Assembly (NCBI GenBank): GCA_002269645.1
Contig: NIVC01000599.1
Span: 29,393-93,392, forward strand
Direction of reading: 5' to 3'
Length of the DNA: 64,000 nucleotides
DNA from: Macrostomum lignano
Lineage: Eukaryota
Position 1 is the first letter of the stretch. Every line of letters starts with the position of its first letter. The translations under genes were made by a program, and so were the position numbers. Below the pieces are notes generated by a model. That model saw only the letters and a program-made list of their open reading frames with translations. It was not told the origin of the DNA and did no database searches. Shown here one piece after another: positions 45,943-59,200 of this stretch.

Positions 45943-47103
45943 TCATTTCTTCCTACCACCGCCGGCCATAATGCTGGCAATGCGGACAAAGATGTTCAGC
46001 ACGTCCATGTAGACGTGCACCGCCTGATTGACCGGGTCGTAGTGCGGCAGGCTGACGGCTCTGTCGGCCACCAGCTGGGTGTCGTACAGCAGGAAGCCGC
46101 TGAACAGCAGCAGGCCGCCGTAGGTGGACACCGAGTACATGGTGAGGCCGGCAGCGGAGGCTGGGCCGAGGAAAGCGGAGCCCAGACTGCTGACAAACAC
46201 GACGCCCAAACCGATGGACAGCGGGCCGCCCCAGGTGAGGAATTTCTTGTCGGGAGCGCAGGCGGCCACTGCCGTCAGGCCGCCGAAGATTCCGCCGGTG
46301 TACAGGGCGGCCCGGAGCACCAGAGGGCCGCCGAGGACGCAGACGGGAGCGATGAAGCAGCCCATGAGGCCGGAGAAGCCCATATAAGCCAGCTGCTTGG
46401 CGCCCAGGCCAGGCTGGTAGGGCAGCATCTGGTGAGATTGAAAAATTTGGGCAAGTCAAATTTTAAAATACTTACTAGCTGGGGAAGCATTTACGCATCA
46501 TGATATAATCATAGTTACTCCCGCCGTTTACCCAAATCACTTCGTAGTCAAAGCATTATGGATTTGAAGTTTATATTCAAGATTCTCGACTAAGACTGAT
46601 TTCTCTCTCACCTGTACAGCAATGCAACTGCCAATACAGGCAGCCGAGCTCAGCAAGATGGACATCCAGCCTCCGCTATGCATCAGCCGCATCAACTTTT
46701 GCGATCGAAAGGCGACCACGGTGGCGGCAGCGGAGCTGGCAACGCCCAGGCCCAGGTAGGCGTAGGTGTCCCGGATTCGCTGCCTGGCGTAGGCCGGCCA
46801 GGCCACGCTCTTGTCCAGCGCGCTAGGCTGGCTATTCAGCCCGGCGCCGTACCAGCACAGGGCGCCAAGGCCGAGCGCCGCGCCGCCCATAGCCGCGCCC
46901 TGGCCGAGGCTCAACGACAGGCCGGCGATTCTTTCGCCCAGCGGCTGCTTGGCCGAAGCGCCGGCCGGCTGGGCGGCTACTCGGCCAGTGAATCCAGCGC
47001 GGCCGGTGGCGCGGGAGGCGAGACTGCGTCCAACAGACGGTGCCAACAGCACCAGGCACCGACCATTGGCGCCAGCGTTAGTGAGAAGCTTCAGCGAATT
47101 CAT
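45943..47103 (-). CDS. GHITM: GHITM/MICS1 (TMBIM5), mitochondrial Bax-inhibitor-1 family protein, 2 exons, ~325 aa
   Basis: Exons 47103-46612 and 46428-45943. Basic Arg/Ser/Leu-rich presequence; motifs GLGALCWYG, WPAYARQRIRDTY, KQLA, TAVAACAPDKKFLTWGGPLSIGLG, YGGLLLFSGFLLYDTQ, YDPVN...VYMDVLNIFVRIASIMAGGGRKK. Confidence 0.95.
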
Positions 47104-47181
47104 GCATGAAGTTTCAGTGTTTCATACAATACTACCTTATAGTTTAAAAAACTATATTGAGTTATTTCAATTCTCAATTTA

Positions 47182-47500
47182 GGGAGCTGTAGCCTAGTTA
47201 ATTTAGTGTCAGACTCACAACTTGAAGGTCTGGGGTTCGATTCCCAATCCTAACTTTTGTCCTTGAGCAAGGCACTTAACTCTGCATTGCTTTCAGTTCA
47301 CATATATGTAAAATGGGGGGCTAGAATTAGCTGGGGTAATGGGGTAATTGAGGGTATGCGCTGGCCACCAGTCCATGGACTGAACAGCCATATGCAGCCT
47401 TCAGATGCACTGTGCAATAGCTATGACTGAGCTATTGGTTGCACATCTGGTTTAATTAGGGAAAGTGTAATGAATTACTATTATTATTATTATTATTATT
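47182..47500 (+). mobile_element. tRNA-derived SINE, copy 3, just upstream of GHITM
   Basis: TAGCCTAGTT A box, GGGGTTCGATTCCC B box, TTGTCCTTGAGCAAGGCACTTAACTCTGC core, and an (ATT)n tail. Confidence 0.85.
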
Positions 47501-48059
47501 AAATAAATTATGCCTATGGTAGCTAAAAGTATTGCCTATTAAAAACAATTGCTCTTGTAACCAAAGCTGTCAAAATATAATTGATACCCTTTTTATAAAT
47601 ATCTAATAGCCATAGTTTTGACATATAGAGCCCTAATAAACAATAGAACAATTTAACTAGACCTCTAAGAATATTGACTATGACTTAAAGACTACTATAA
47701 CAATAACAATTATTTTAACAATTATAACAGTACAAAGTATAAGGTATTTATGACTACCATTTAATAACTAATATTATCCTAACAATTCACCTAGGGACTA
47801 TTTGAAATTATTTATATAATATATCTAAGCCTAATCACTTATCATTTTATCAAGAAAACTTAGATCTATTTATTAGCTAAGCCTAATTGATTGAGAATAC
47901 CAATAATTATCCAAATTTCTAGTTTAGTTTATACTAGCAATCTTCGCCCCCCGATGGGGGACATCTGGATAGAATCCTTGTTCTTTACAAATAACAAATA
48001 GACAGTGAAATAAAGCCTTCATAAAACAACAGACATCCATATACTAAAAATGAAAATCT

Positions 48060-48460
48060 TGCTTGCTTGTAGACAGCAAGCATCCTCAGACAGCATTCAA
48101 GCATCGATCCCCAAATAGCAAGCATCCCCCAGACTGCAAGCATCCCCCAGATAGCAAGAAACCCCAGATAGCAAGCATCCCCAAGATAGCAAGCGTCCCC
48201 CAGATAGCAAGCATCCCCCAGATAGCAAGCATCCACAGATCGCAAGCATCCCCCAGACCGCAAGCAATCCCTGATAGCAAGCATAACCTGGATACAAAGA
48301 GACCTTATAGATATCTAGCAACCCCCTCTCAGATAGCAAGTACCCTCCACCCCCCAAGAGCAAGCATCTCCCAATAGCAAGTTACCCCAGTAGCAAGCAT
48401 CCTTCCGATAGCAAGCATCCCCCTGATGGCAAGTATACATCCTTAAATAGCAAGCATCCA
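48060..48460. repeat. 18-bp minisatellite GATAGCAAGCATCCCCCA
   Basis: About 20 degenerate units. Confidence 0.9.
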
Positions 48461-48544
48461 CCAGAGAAAAAGTAGCTAGTGCAACAATTTCCTTAGCTTT
48501 ATAGTGGCTCCATTTTGTTTGGCATGACACCTCTTTTATATTTA

Positions 48545-50085
48545 AAATGGTCTCTCTTTTATGTTTAAAATGGTGGCTCTTTAATGTTTGACATGGTGGC
48601 TCTTTAATGTTGACATGGTGGCTCTTTAATGTTTGACATGGTGGCTCTTTAATGTTGACATGGTGGCTCTTCTATGTTTGACATGGTGTCTCTTCTATGT
48701 TTGACATGGTGGCTCTTTGTGTTTGAAATGGTGTCTCTTCTATGTTTGACATGGTGGCTCTTTTGTGTTTGACATGATAGCTCTTTAATGTTTGACATGA
48801 TAGCTCTTTAATGTTTGACATGATAGCTCTTTAATGCTTGACATGGTGGCTCTTCTATGTTTGACATGGTAGCTCTATAATGTTGACATGGTGGCTCTTC
48901 TATGTTTGACATGGTAGCTCTATAATTTTTGACATGGTGGCTCTTCTATGCTTGCCATGGCGGCCCTTTTATGTTTGAAATGTTGTCTCTGTTATGTTTG
49001 ACATGGTGGCTTAATTCTGTGACAATGACATGGTGGCTCTTTAATGTTTGACATGGAGTCAAAAATATGTTTGACATGGTGGCTCTTTAATGTTTGACAT
49101 GGTGGCTCTTTTTGTTTGACATGGAGTCATGTATATGTTCGATATGGAGTCACTTATATGTTTGACATGGTGGTTTTTTATGTTTGACATGGTGGCTCTT
49201 TTATGTTTGACATGGTGGCTCTTTAATGTTTGACATGGTGGTTCTTTTTTGTTTGAAATGGTGGCTTTTTATGTTTGACATGGTGTCTCTTTAATGTTTG
49301 ACATGGAGTCACATATATGTTTGATATGATGGCTCTTTTATGTTTGACATGGTGTCTCTTTAATGTTTGACATGGTGGCTCTTTAATGTTTGACAGGGTG
49401 GCTTTTTAATATTTGAAATGGTGGCTCTTTTATGTTTAACATGGATTCACATATATGTTTGACATGGAGTCATGTATTTGTTTGACATAGCAGCTCTTTT
49501 GTGTTTGACATGGTGGCTCTTTAATGTTTGACATGGAGTCACGTATATGTTTGACAGGGCGGCTCTTTTATGATTGACATGGTGGCTCTTTGACATTCAA
49601 CATGGTGGCTCTTTTATGTTTGGCATGATGGCTCTTTTAAGTTTGACATGGTAGCTCTTTTATGTTTGATGTGGTAGCTCATCTATGTTCGACATGGTGG
49701 CTCTTTTATGTTTTACATGATGGCCCTTTAATGTTTGACATGGTGGCTCTTTTATGTCTGACATGGTGGCTCTTTAATGTTTGACATGGAGTCATGTATA
49801 TGTTTGACATGATGGCTCTTTTATGTTCGACATGGTGGCTCTTTAATGTTTAGCAGGGTGGCTCTTTTGTTTGACATGGTAGCTCTTTTATGATTTATTT
49901 GGTGGCTCTTTTATGTTTGACATGGTGGCTCTTTTATATTTGACATGGTGGCTCTTTTATGTCTGACATGGTGGCTCTTTTATATTTGACTTGGTGGCTC
50001 TATAATGTTTGACATAGTGCCAGTTTTATGTTTGACATGGTGCCAATTTTATTTTTGAAATAGTGCCACTTTTATGTTTGACATT
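48545..50085. repeat. ~23-bp degenerate minisatellite TGTTTGACATGGTGGCTCTTTAA, ~65 units
   Basis: Period 22-23 over 1.5 kb. Confidence 0.95.
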
Positions 50086-50671
50086 GCGCTTCTTTTATTT
50101 TTAGCTTTTCGTGTTTTTAAGGTGTTTTAAAAAAAATTTGGCACTACCAAGATTCGAACCCAGGTCGCTACATTAGCAGTCCAGTCTGTTCGCATCTATG
50201 CTATCTCTTGTCAATTGGAGAACATGAATTGTGGCCCTTATAATTCAGTACAGCAAGTCGGTTAGAGTAAAATGTTATGACATAATCAATTTCTCAGTCA
50301 GCCAGTATCAGTGTCAATTTAAGTAAGCAATATTGTTACGCAATTTCAATCAAGTTGTGTGTGCATTTCTTCGGCACTGTTTTCAATTTGTTGTGATGCA
50401 ATCTTTATCAGAATTGAAATTCAGTCAGTCAATGTTTTCTCTAGCATTCTTACAATGCATTTCAAGTCGAAAATTTTGCTTGACCTTTGCAAAAAAGCAT
50501 GTTTTTCGAATATTTAATCCCTTTAATATTGAGCAATTTCTTAGCCAAGATGCATGTACCGTCCCAGGAAAATTTCTGATCGAATGGTGCAAGTTTGAAG
50601 AAAATCGGTTGAGCCGTTTTTTCTGAAATCTATCGCATAGCTAGATAGATACAGACAACTCATTTTTAGTA

Positions 50672-50843
50672 CATACATGCGCAACTTTGGGAATCACCCG
50701 GCCGTTTCTATTGGCAACACACACATGTAAGTCGCTATTGGCTGAGAGCAGTCACGTGACTACTATTCTGTCCAATAGCGACTTACATGTGTGTGTTGCC
50801 AATAGAAACGGCCGAGTGAATCCCAAGGTTGCGCCCAAGCATG
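50672..50843. mobile_element. hAT-type hairpin MITE (172 bp) of the same CATACATGCGCAAC TIR family as the 28S-carrying MITEs
   Basis: 8-bp TSD TTTTAGTA (50664-50671 and 50844-50851) and near-perfect ~65-bp inverted arms. Confidence 0.85.
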
Positions 50844-51854
50844 TTTTAGTATATAGGATGTATTAAGAATTATTTATGTTGTCCATATCACAAAACAATG
50901 CATTGTCATTTCTAATTTTATTGATTGGTTAACATTGATAAAAATAGCCTAGGCCTATCTATTATTTTATAATAATATATTAATATTATAGAGTATTCAA
51001 GTCTTTAGATAGGCCAATTATTAAAATATTTAATTAGGCCTTATTTTGTTATATTTTTATAAGGTAGCAACTAATACTTTACTCTAATTATCCTTTGGCT
51101 TTGTTAGGCTTTGGCAGTTGTTATTTGTCTAGTGACCAGACAAATAGCCTATCTGCTATTTGTCTAGTTAAATTACTAATACAAGTATCTATTTGTTTAG
51201 TGATAAATATTCTAGATTTTTAAGACCTTTTTTATGTCCTAATTAATTGTATTATTATATATTAATACAAACAAAGCAAATATGTGTAATGCATATGTGA
51301 TTTGGCATAATTTGGTATATAAGATATATACTAGTGTAACAACATAGTAATCAAGATACAAGTAAAAAGTCTTTGAAGTCTAAGAATACTCACCTTTATA
51401 GTTTCTATAAAATAGAATATCAATTTAACCAGATAAAAAACAAAATGCCTATTTGTCTAGAATTAACTGGATGAATTGGGAAATATCATAATATGGCTAA
51501 AAAAACAACTGCCTTATCCTTTTGTTTCTAGTTACTTACATTATTTACTAAATCACTACATGGCCTAGGCCTTATACCTAGTTTATAAATGATGATATAC
51601 TTCATAATTATAGTTTATATTTATCATTTATAAATGCTTATTATAGACCATAAACCATGATAGGCCTAGGCTTATTGACCTAATTCACTAGAATGAAAAT
51701 TCTAGTTTTTTATGGCAATTACAATTATAATATCATTGCTATAATGACTATACAAATAATGAAGTGGTTATTCTTATTGTTATTGCGAATGCAAAAAATA
51801 TATATTTGTACTTTGGATTAAAGTTTTAACTTGATTTAACTATATAAATTAAAT

Positions 51855-52724
51855 CGCCATGACTAGGGACACGGCGACCATGCCTCTAACTCTATATCTA
51901 AGGACATGGCCGCCGTGTCCCTAGCTACCACGATACTCTGTGCCTAGAGCCACGGCAGCCGTGTCTTTAGCTGTGTGGACTCGCGGCACGGCCGCCGTGT
52001 CTTTAGCTCTGTGTATGGGGACATGGCAGCCGTGTTCCTAGTAATCTACCACTCAATCAATTATCTACATGTATATATACTAATATTATCATGCTGTATA
52101 TGCATCCGCTAACCGCCCCATTCTATGTTGGATGCACTAACATACATATATATAAAATAATTGCATGGCGCTACATGTATTTTTGTAAGGTACTCTAGGC
52201 ATGGTAGGTAAGAAGTTCAATTCTTAAATTATATTTCTGCAAACAGTCAATTTCAACAAAAATGCTCGAGATATGTATATGCATCGAAAAAAGCAATAAT
52301 AAATAAAACAAAAAATGAACAAGTTTGCGCATTCCACGACACAGTATACTTGTGCGATATACTAGTATAATTTAAAAGGAGTTTTAATATATTGGATTGA
52401 CACAATATTTGACAGTTTTTATTGACACTACCGGCGACATTTGAGCTACCTTACATACATGTATCAAATCATGTTGCATTTAAAGCCCATTGTTCAGAGA
52501 CAACCGCTATGCCCCCAGGCATGTGAGTGGTAGATTACTAGGAACATGGCCACCATGTCCCCATACACAGAGCTAGGGACACAGTGGCTGTGCTACAAGT
52601 CCACACAGCTAAAGACATGGCCACCGTGGCTCTAGGCACAGAGTAGCGCAGTAGCTAGGGACACGGCGGCCGTGTCCTTAGACATAGAGTTAGAGGCATG
52701 GCCGCCATGTCCCTAGTCATCGCG
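51855..52724. mobile_element. MULE-like MITE (870 bp) with ~200-bp TIRs
   Basis: Ends CGCCATGACTAGGGAC and GTCCCTAGTCATCGCG, perfect 9-bp TSD AAATTAAAT (51846-51854 and 52725-52733). The arms contain repeated GGC(A/C)GCCGTGTC motifs. Confidence 0.85.
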
Positions 52725-55158
52725 AAATTAAATAGGGCCATTGGCATTGCTATTATTATGAAGATTATACAAAGAGAAAAACTAGACCTATTATTTTCAT
52801 AGTCAATGCATAAAACAATTATGCTCATATGTGGATTTAAGGGTTAAGCTTGATATACATGCGCAACATGCTATATCAATGATATAACCATATAACAAAA
52901 CAATAAGTAGGCAAGTAGCCTAGCAATATGGTTTTTTATAGTCACTGTAGGTTAAAAAGCAAAACAGCAATTTAGCTAGGCCTATTTATTATAGCCACGG
53001 GAAAAAATTTCATTTATATTATTAACTAGGCTTAAGGCCTAAGAGGCTAAGGCCAAGAGAAAAAGGAGTAACTATTTTTTTTTTAATTTCTTGAATGTTT
53101 GACTCACTCTACATGATTTTTCACTTTCTTTTCTTATTGGCTACTGCTATTCAATTCCTATTCGATACAATATATCCCTCTAGTTTAGGAGGTAAAGTTA
53201 TACTTTATAAATTGGATCTGGTTATGGAACCAAAACAAGCAATATGAACAATAAGGCCCTAACTGACACCATCCAGAGTCGACGATGGTGCATGATTAAG
53301 AACTTTCTAGAAACATCTTTTTTCAGAAGAATGATGAAAACAAATCTATAAAAACACGTAATTTAAATTGCAGAACTCACCATTTTTAACTTTCTAAGTA
53401 AATAAAGTGTCTTAAGATAAGCGAGGTTTTGTTCAGAAAACGTCAAACCTATACATTTTGTTATTCCATGTACATATGCTTATATTTTTTCAACATCACT
53501 ATTTTACAAGAATGTTTTGAATCTACGCGTTTGGAAATTATGTTGAATTTGGGGGTACGGCGCCATAATCCATCATTTCGGCGTGAAAATTAATTAAATC
53601 AGTTATCAGATACATCAAGCAAACAAGCTAATAAATCAGTAATCAAGCGAACAAATTCTTACTTGTTATCATTATTAGCAAAACCCTATCTCATGTTGTT
53701 AACTAATAACTTGTTTGTGGAATGGGGTTCGTAGACTATGGGAAGTAGGTAAAAAGTCTGTTGCAGACTTTGCAAAAGAATATTATTCCTAAGTCTCAGT
53801 GTTAAACTTGTTTATTAACTTTCGCCGTAGTTCTAGTGTCTCGTGATTTTTTAAATATACAGACTACAGTGCAGAAACCAGGTTGTATGTAACTTCTATG
53901 GTTCATGGGCATATGAAAAATGATGTTCTCGTATGCCTAATAAGGTCTTTCCATTGTTCACAATGTCGGGGAAGGAATTCGCAAAAATATGCCATGCAAA
54001 GAAAAATAACAAAATTAAAATATGTCAAGTGGCCCCCATTCACCACTTACATTTCTCAAGACGTGGGATGTCCAATTTAACAAAACAATTTTTCAGTTGC
54101 TTTAACACGCTTATGCAGGCATGATTTCACATTTTTTAAACTTTCACATGTATTGTAAGAAAGCCTTTTTATGTAATTTGCTTTAACTTGTCTTTAGGCT
54201 AGCTATAAAAAGACATGTTGCCCAATTAGCCAAGATTGTCGCCGAATTCACTTTTGCCAAATTAGTCCATTGTGAATCTCTGTCACCAAATTTGTTTGTC
54301 GCCAAATTTGCGTGCATCCATCATACCTAGGCCTATATAGCTCAGAAATGGACATATGAATCCACACTCTAGATCATGTTGTATATGCCCAAAAATTTGG
54401 GCATGTATTGGCCTTGCATACCAAAATTAGGTGTGCATAGTTGGCATGCATCACTTCTAAGAAAATAGGCCTAGTGTATATCATGTGCATACTTTATGTG
54501 CATAGCACTATAAAATCAAATGGAAGAGTTATTTTAAAGTAGAAAAAGATGAAAAAAGTTCATTTTAAGTGTAAATGTTAAGCTTTCTGGGTTTTTGTAA
54601 GTTTGCAATTAAGCATTTGAACAAATCTTTGCATGCATCAATTTGCCACTATAAATAATATCATAAAAAAGTAGAAAAATCAACTGAATTATTTACAAAA
54701 AAGGTCCAATACACAATTAAAAAAGTCATTTATTGTCACAATGCAAAAAAGGTCATTTATTGTTGCCCGGCATAGTTTTGATAATGAGCATGCACTCAAT
54801 TTTTTGGCATGCATTTGTAATTATTCAATTTTTGTTTAGGCATGTACCCAGCATGATTAAGACTATGGATATAAATTAATTCTTTCCTAAAATATCCATA
54901 ACATAATGTTAAAATAACAATAACTTAAAGTTTAGAATAGGGAGGCCTACCATTTAGTATAGGCCAGCATAGATCTAAGTCCTAAGAATTTTGTGAAATT
55001 AAAATATAATTTATAAAATGTTGTATAATAATATATAGATTGCTTATTATTTCTCAAAAATATTTTGTAATTTATATAGTTTAAAAAAATTAAGCTATTA
55101 ATTGTTTATCTCAATTAGCTTTCAGATAATACTAGCAATCCAGTGTCCTACTTTAGCA

Positions 55159-55699
55159 GGCTACCAGTCACTTTGGTGACAGGACATTTTGGCGATGGAC
55201 ATTTTAGCAACAAGACATTTTGGCAACAGTCACTTTTGTCTTTGGTGACAATGTAAGGCCATTTGGGCAAATTCTCCAGGTATATCAATTTAACAAAATA
55301 AAGATTTACAGCTACTGCTTGCTTGATACTTAAATAGATTGATTACTTCAGTTTATTTTATTTTAATGACTTTTATTCAATTTTGAAACCAGTAAGTTTT
55401 TTAACTGTTTTAATGAAGTGCATGGCTGACTTTTATTTTCATTTTACTTTTATAATAAAAATTATTATCTTTGTGACCTTTTTTATAGTTCATTTTACCT
55501 TTGAAAAAGTGAAATAGAAATATAAATCATTTGTCAAATCAATACTTATTCCTAAATTTATATTGTAGGCTTTTTGCTAAAATTTCTCTTTCTTTGTCCC
55601 CAATATGGCAATAACTGTTGCCAAAAAATTTCTTTGTCCCAAAATTGTCACCAAAGTGTCCATTGCCAAAATCTCTTATTGCCAAAGTGACTGGTAGCC
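55159..55699. mobile_element. MITE (541 bp) with GGCTACCAGTCACTTTGG TIRs
   Basis: An 18-bp perfect inverted terminus plus subterminal TTGGC(A/G)A / TTGCCAA repeats. The TSD is not clear. Confidence 0.7.
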
Positions 55700-55909
55700 T
55701 TTAAGAAGGGTGTCCAATAAGTAGGGAGCAAAATTATTCCTGTAAATAAGATCTCTTTAAAGGCTCTTTTGATCTCACTCTTTTTTATTAGGCTTACATA
55801 TATTTTAAATTTTAAGAAATTAAACTATGTATACTTTTATTAGTTTATTGGAAAAGTAACAAATTTCTTATATCTTACTAGGTAAGCATTAAAAGCATTG
55901 TATATATTG

Positions 55910-55911
<2 letters not shown>

Positions 55912-55955
<44 letters not shown>

Positions 55956-55993
55956 CAATATATGTATATATGGTGTATATATATATATATATA
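55912..55993. repeat. (AT)n microsatellite
   Basis: Two adjacent AT runs. Confidence 0.95.
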
Positions 55994-56275
55994 CACCACT
56001 TTTTACACTAGAATCACACTTAAGTTGCAAATATATAAAAGTAGGTTATATGATATATATTTCATAAAATCGCAACTTTCATGTACGAGTATATTGGAAA
56101 AAATAATGGCTCAGAGATTCCATATGCTGCATTTATACATGGTTGTCAATTGTCATTGTCTTTTAGTTCTAGACTCCATGATTCAGTAGTTATAATTTGT
56201 CATTTTTTACTGCTTGACTTTATGAAATTTGTATAAAAATTGAAATAGAAATCACAGCATAGGCCTACTCGTAGC

Positions 56276-59200
56276 ATGAAAAGCAAACTCAAGTATTTCC
56301 CCTTAAATTTGCAGGCAAATTCACCCCAGGACTCGCTGATTCTCGCAGCCTCAGCTGAGTCAGGCAGCGGCCTGGAAGCAGCCCGCCTGGCCCTGCTAGC
56401 TGGAGCCGATCCAAACCTGCCAGATGACCAGGGCATGACGCCGCTGCTGCATGCAGCCTTCAAAGCCCGCGCCGATCTGGTGGCTTTGTTAGTTGATACT
56501 GGCAAGGCCGATGTCAACTGGGATGGTCACGAGCATGGCTACACCGCTTTGATGTTTGCCGCACTCAGCAATTCTGAGCCAACTGTACTCTCCCTGCTGC
56601 GTCGCGGCGCCCGGGCCTACAAAACAAACCGACTCGGCCGCACGGCATCCCAGATGGCCGCCTTTGTTGGGCACCACCGGATTGCTTCGCTAATTGGCAA
56701 CTATTTTGAGCGTGAAGAGTTGGAGCATTATACACGTTGTCACGGTCTGGAGACTGAGCCGAAATTGCCGCCTCATTTGCTTGGTGAGCTTGATTCACGG
56801 TTTTTTATCGATTCTCTTCTGTTTGCATGAATGCAGTGCGTGATTTAAGGTCACTTGTCAATGCTCTTACTCTAAGCATGAATGCAGTGCTTGATTCAAG
56901 GTCACTTGTCAATGCTCTTACTCCAAGCATGAATGCAGGGCGTGATTCAAGGTCACTTGCCAATTCTCTTACTCCAAGCATGAATGCAGTGTGTGATTCA
57001 AGGTCACTTGCCAATGCTCTTACTCCAGGCATGAATGCAGTGCGTGATTCAAGGTCACTTGCCAGTGCTCTTACTCTAAGCATGAATGCAGGGCGTGATT
57101 CAAGGTCGCTTTCCAATGCTCTTACTCCCAGCATGAATGCAGTGCGTGATTCAAGGTCACTTGTCAATGCTCTTACTCCCAGCATGAATGCAGTGCGTGA
57201 TTCAAGGTCACTTGTCAATGCTCTTACTCCCAGCATGAATGCAGTGCGTGATTCAAGGTCACTTGTCAATGCTCTTACTCCAAGCATGAATGTATTGCTT
57301 GATTCAAGGTCATTTGCCAATGCTCTTACTCCAAGCATGAATGCAGTGCGCTATTCAAGCTTATTTTAAAGCTTTTCTCAACACTTAAACCCCAATATTT
57401 GCCCTAGAGGACACCTGGATGCTAGTTACTGACGTAAATCTGAACCCCGCTCACCTGTGCTACACGCTGGAATTGCGACCGGCTCTGCTGAATCCGGCTG
57501 TACCGCGCGTCCTCGAGCTGCTCTCCGAGTCTCAATGGAAGCGCCGCGATCTCAACGAAGTATTGAGTATAAAATTCTTTTACCTGGCAGTGGCTGTTCG
57601 ACACCTGCTGGCTGAGTGGGAGCGCTGTCGAGTCGAGTCCGGAAAGGATGATGAACAAGTGGTGAGCTGATCTGATGGATGAGCTGATGAGGCTGAGGAT
57701 GAGCCTACGCTCTTTATTTTAGTCCTGTGCTAATCATAGTTCTACGATAAGCGCTACCATCCATAGTGTTCTACGATAAGCGCTGCTATCCATAGTGTTC
57801 TACGATAAGCGCTGCTATCCATAGTGTTCTACGATAAGCGCTGCTATCCATAGTGTTCTACGATAAGCGCTGCTATCCATAGTGTTCTACGATAAGCGCT
57901 ACTATCCATAGTGTTCTACGATAAGCGCTACTATCCATAGTGTTCTACGATAAGCGCTACTATCCATAGTGTTCTACGATAAGCGCTGCTATCCATAGTG
58001 TTCTACGATAAGCGCTACTATCCATAGTGTTCTACGATAAGCGCTACTATCCATAGTGTTCTACGATAAGCGCTGCTATCCATAGTGTTCTACGATAAGC
58101 GCTGCTATCCATAGTGTTCTACGATAAGCGCTGCTATCCATAGTGTTCTACGATAAGCGCTGCTATCCATAGTGTTCTACGATAAGCGCTACTATCCATA
58201 GTGTTCTACGATAAGCGCTGCTATCCATAGTGTTCTACGATAAGCGCTGCTATCCATAGTGTTCTACGATAAGCGCTGTCCTTCCTAGTTCTATGATAAG
58301 CGCAACGCGCGTTTAAAAATCGATTCCTTCCAGTCGCTGGACCAAGCGCTGCGCCGACTGACTCAGCCAGTCGGACCGGCCCGGGCCGGCCGCGGTTCCG
58401 AAGAGCTGATCCGGCGCGTTCTTCGCGAGTATCCCTACACGGAGAGCAACCTGTTGCGTACTATGATTCGCAGTCTAGCGAGCAGCCGTCTTGGTTGTCG
58501 GCCGACAGCGGTTAGTGTGCTCAATGGAGCCGTCAACGGGCAGCAGTTCTTTGCTGATCAGGACGCTTGCGAAGTCTGCGATCAGTTTATTGGCTGTCGG
58601 CACTGCGCTGGCTGTCGAGTTGTCAAGTGAGTCTGAGAGCTAAAAAATACTTGTTACTTTATCCATCTCATAAAATAGCACGCATTATGTTATGTGCGTG
58701 GTTCAAGGTCATCGGTCAGAAAGCTGATTAAATGGCATTCAGACGCGCGTCTTGTGCGTGATGCAAGGCTGTTTTGTTGAACGTTTTTCTTCAAGGTCAT
58801 TTGCGGGTTGATGAAAGAAAATCACGCATCCTATGCGTGATTAAAGGTCATTTGACAGAAAATAACCGATATATGCTTGTCTGAGAGTTTTTGTGAGTAA
58901 TACTGCATATGAGTTATGTAAAAAAGTAACAATCTAGTAAGCAACGTACTCAACTTTTTGCATGGTTCAGATCATTCCATAGAAATCAACTGTATCACCT
59001 GACCTTGTGACTGAAGGCCTTTTCGTCACAAAACAAACTAGTAGATACGAGCATGCATTCTGCAAACGTGGTTCAAGGTCAGCGAGCAAAAAAACATGAA
59101 TACACAGTCGATGCGAGATTTTAATGTGTCGTAAGAAATGTGTGATAACGAGGAAGGGCATGCATCCCGTTCGTGTTTCAAGGTCATTTGACGGAAAGTA

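Larger units (their letters stand above)
47932..50860 (+). mobile_element. Probable composite non-autonomous Helitron/Helentron-like element carrying two minisatellites and a tRNA-like segment
   Basis: Starts ACTAGC...CGCCCCCCGATGGGGG (hairpin) and ends ACAGACAACTCATTTTTAGTA[MITE]TATAGGAT. A minus-strand GGGTTCGAATC tRNA-like piece lies at ~50135-50205. The boundaries are inferred. Confidence 0.4.
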
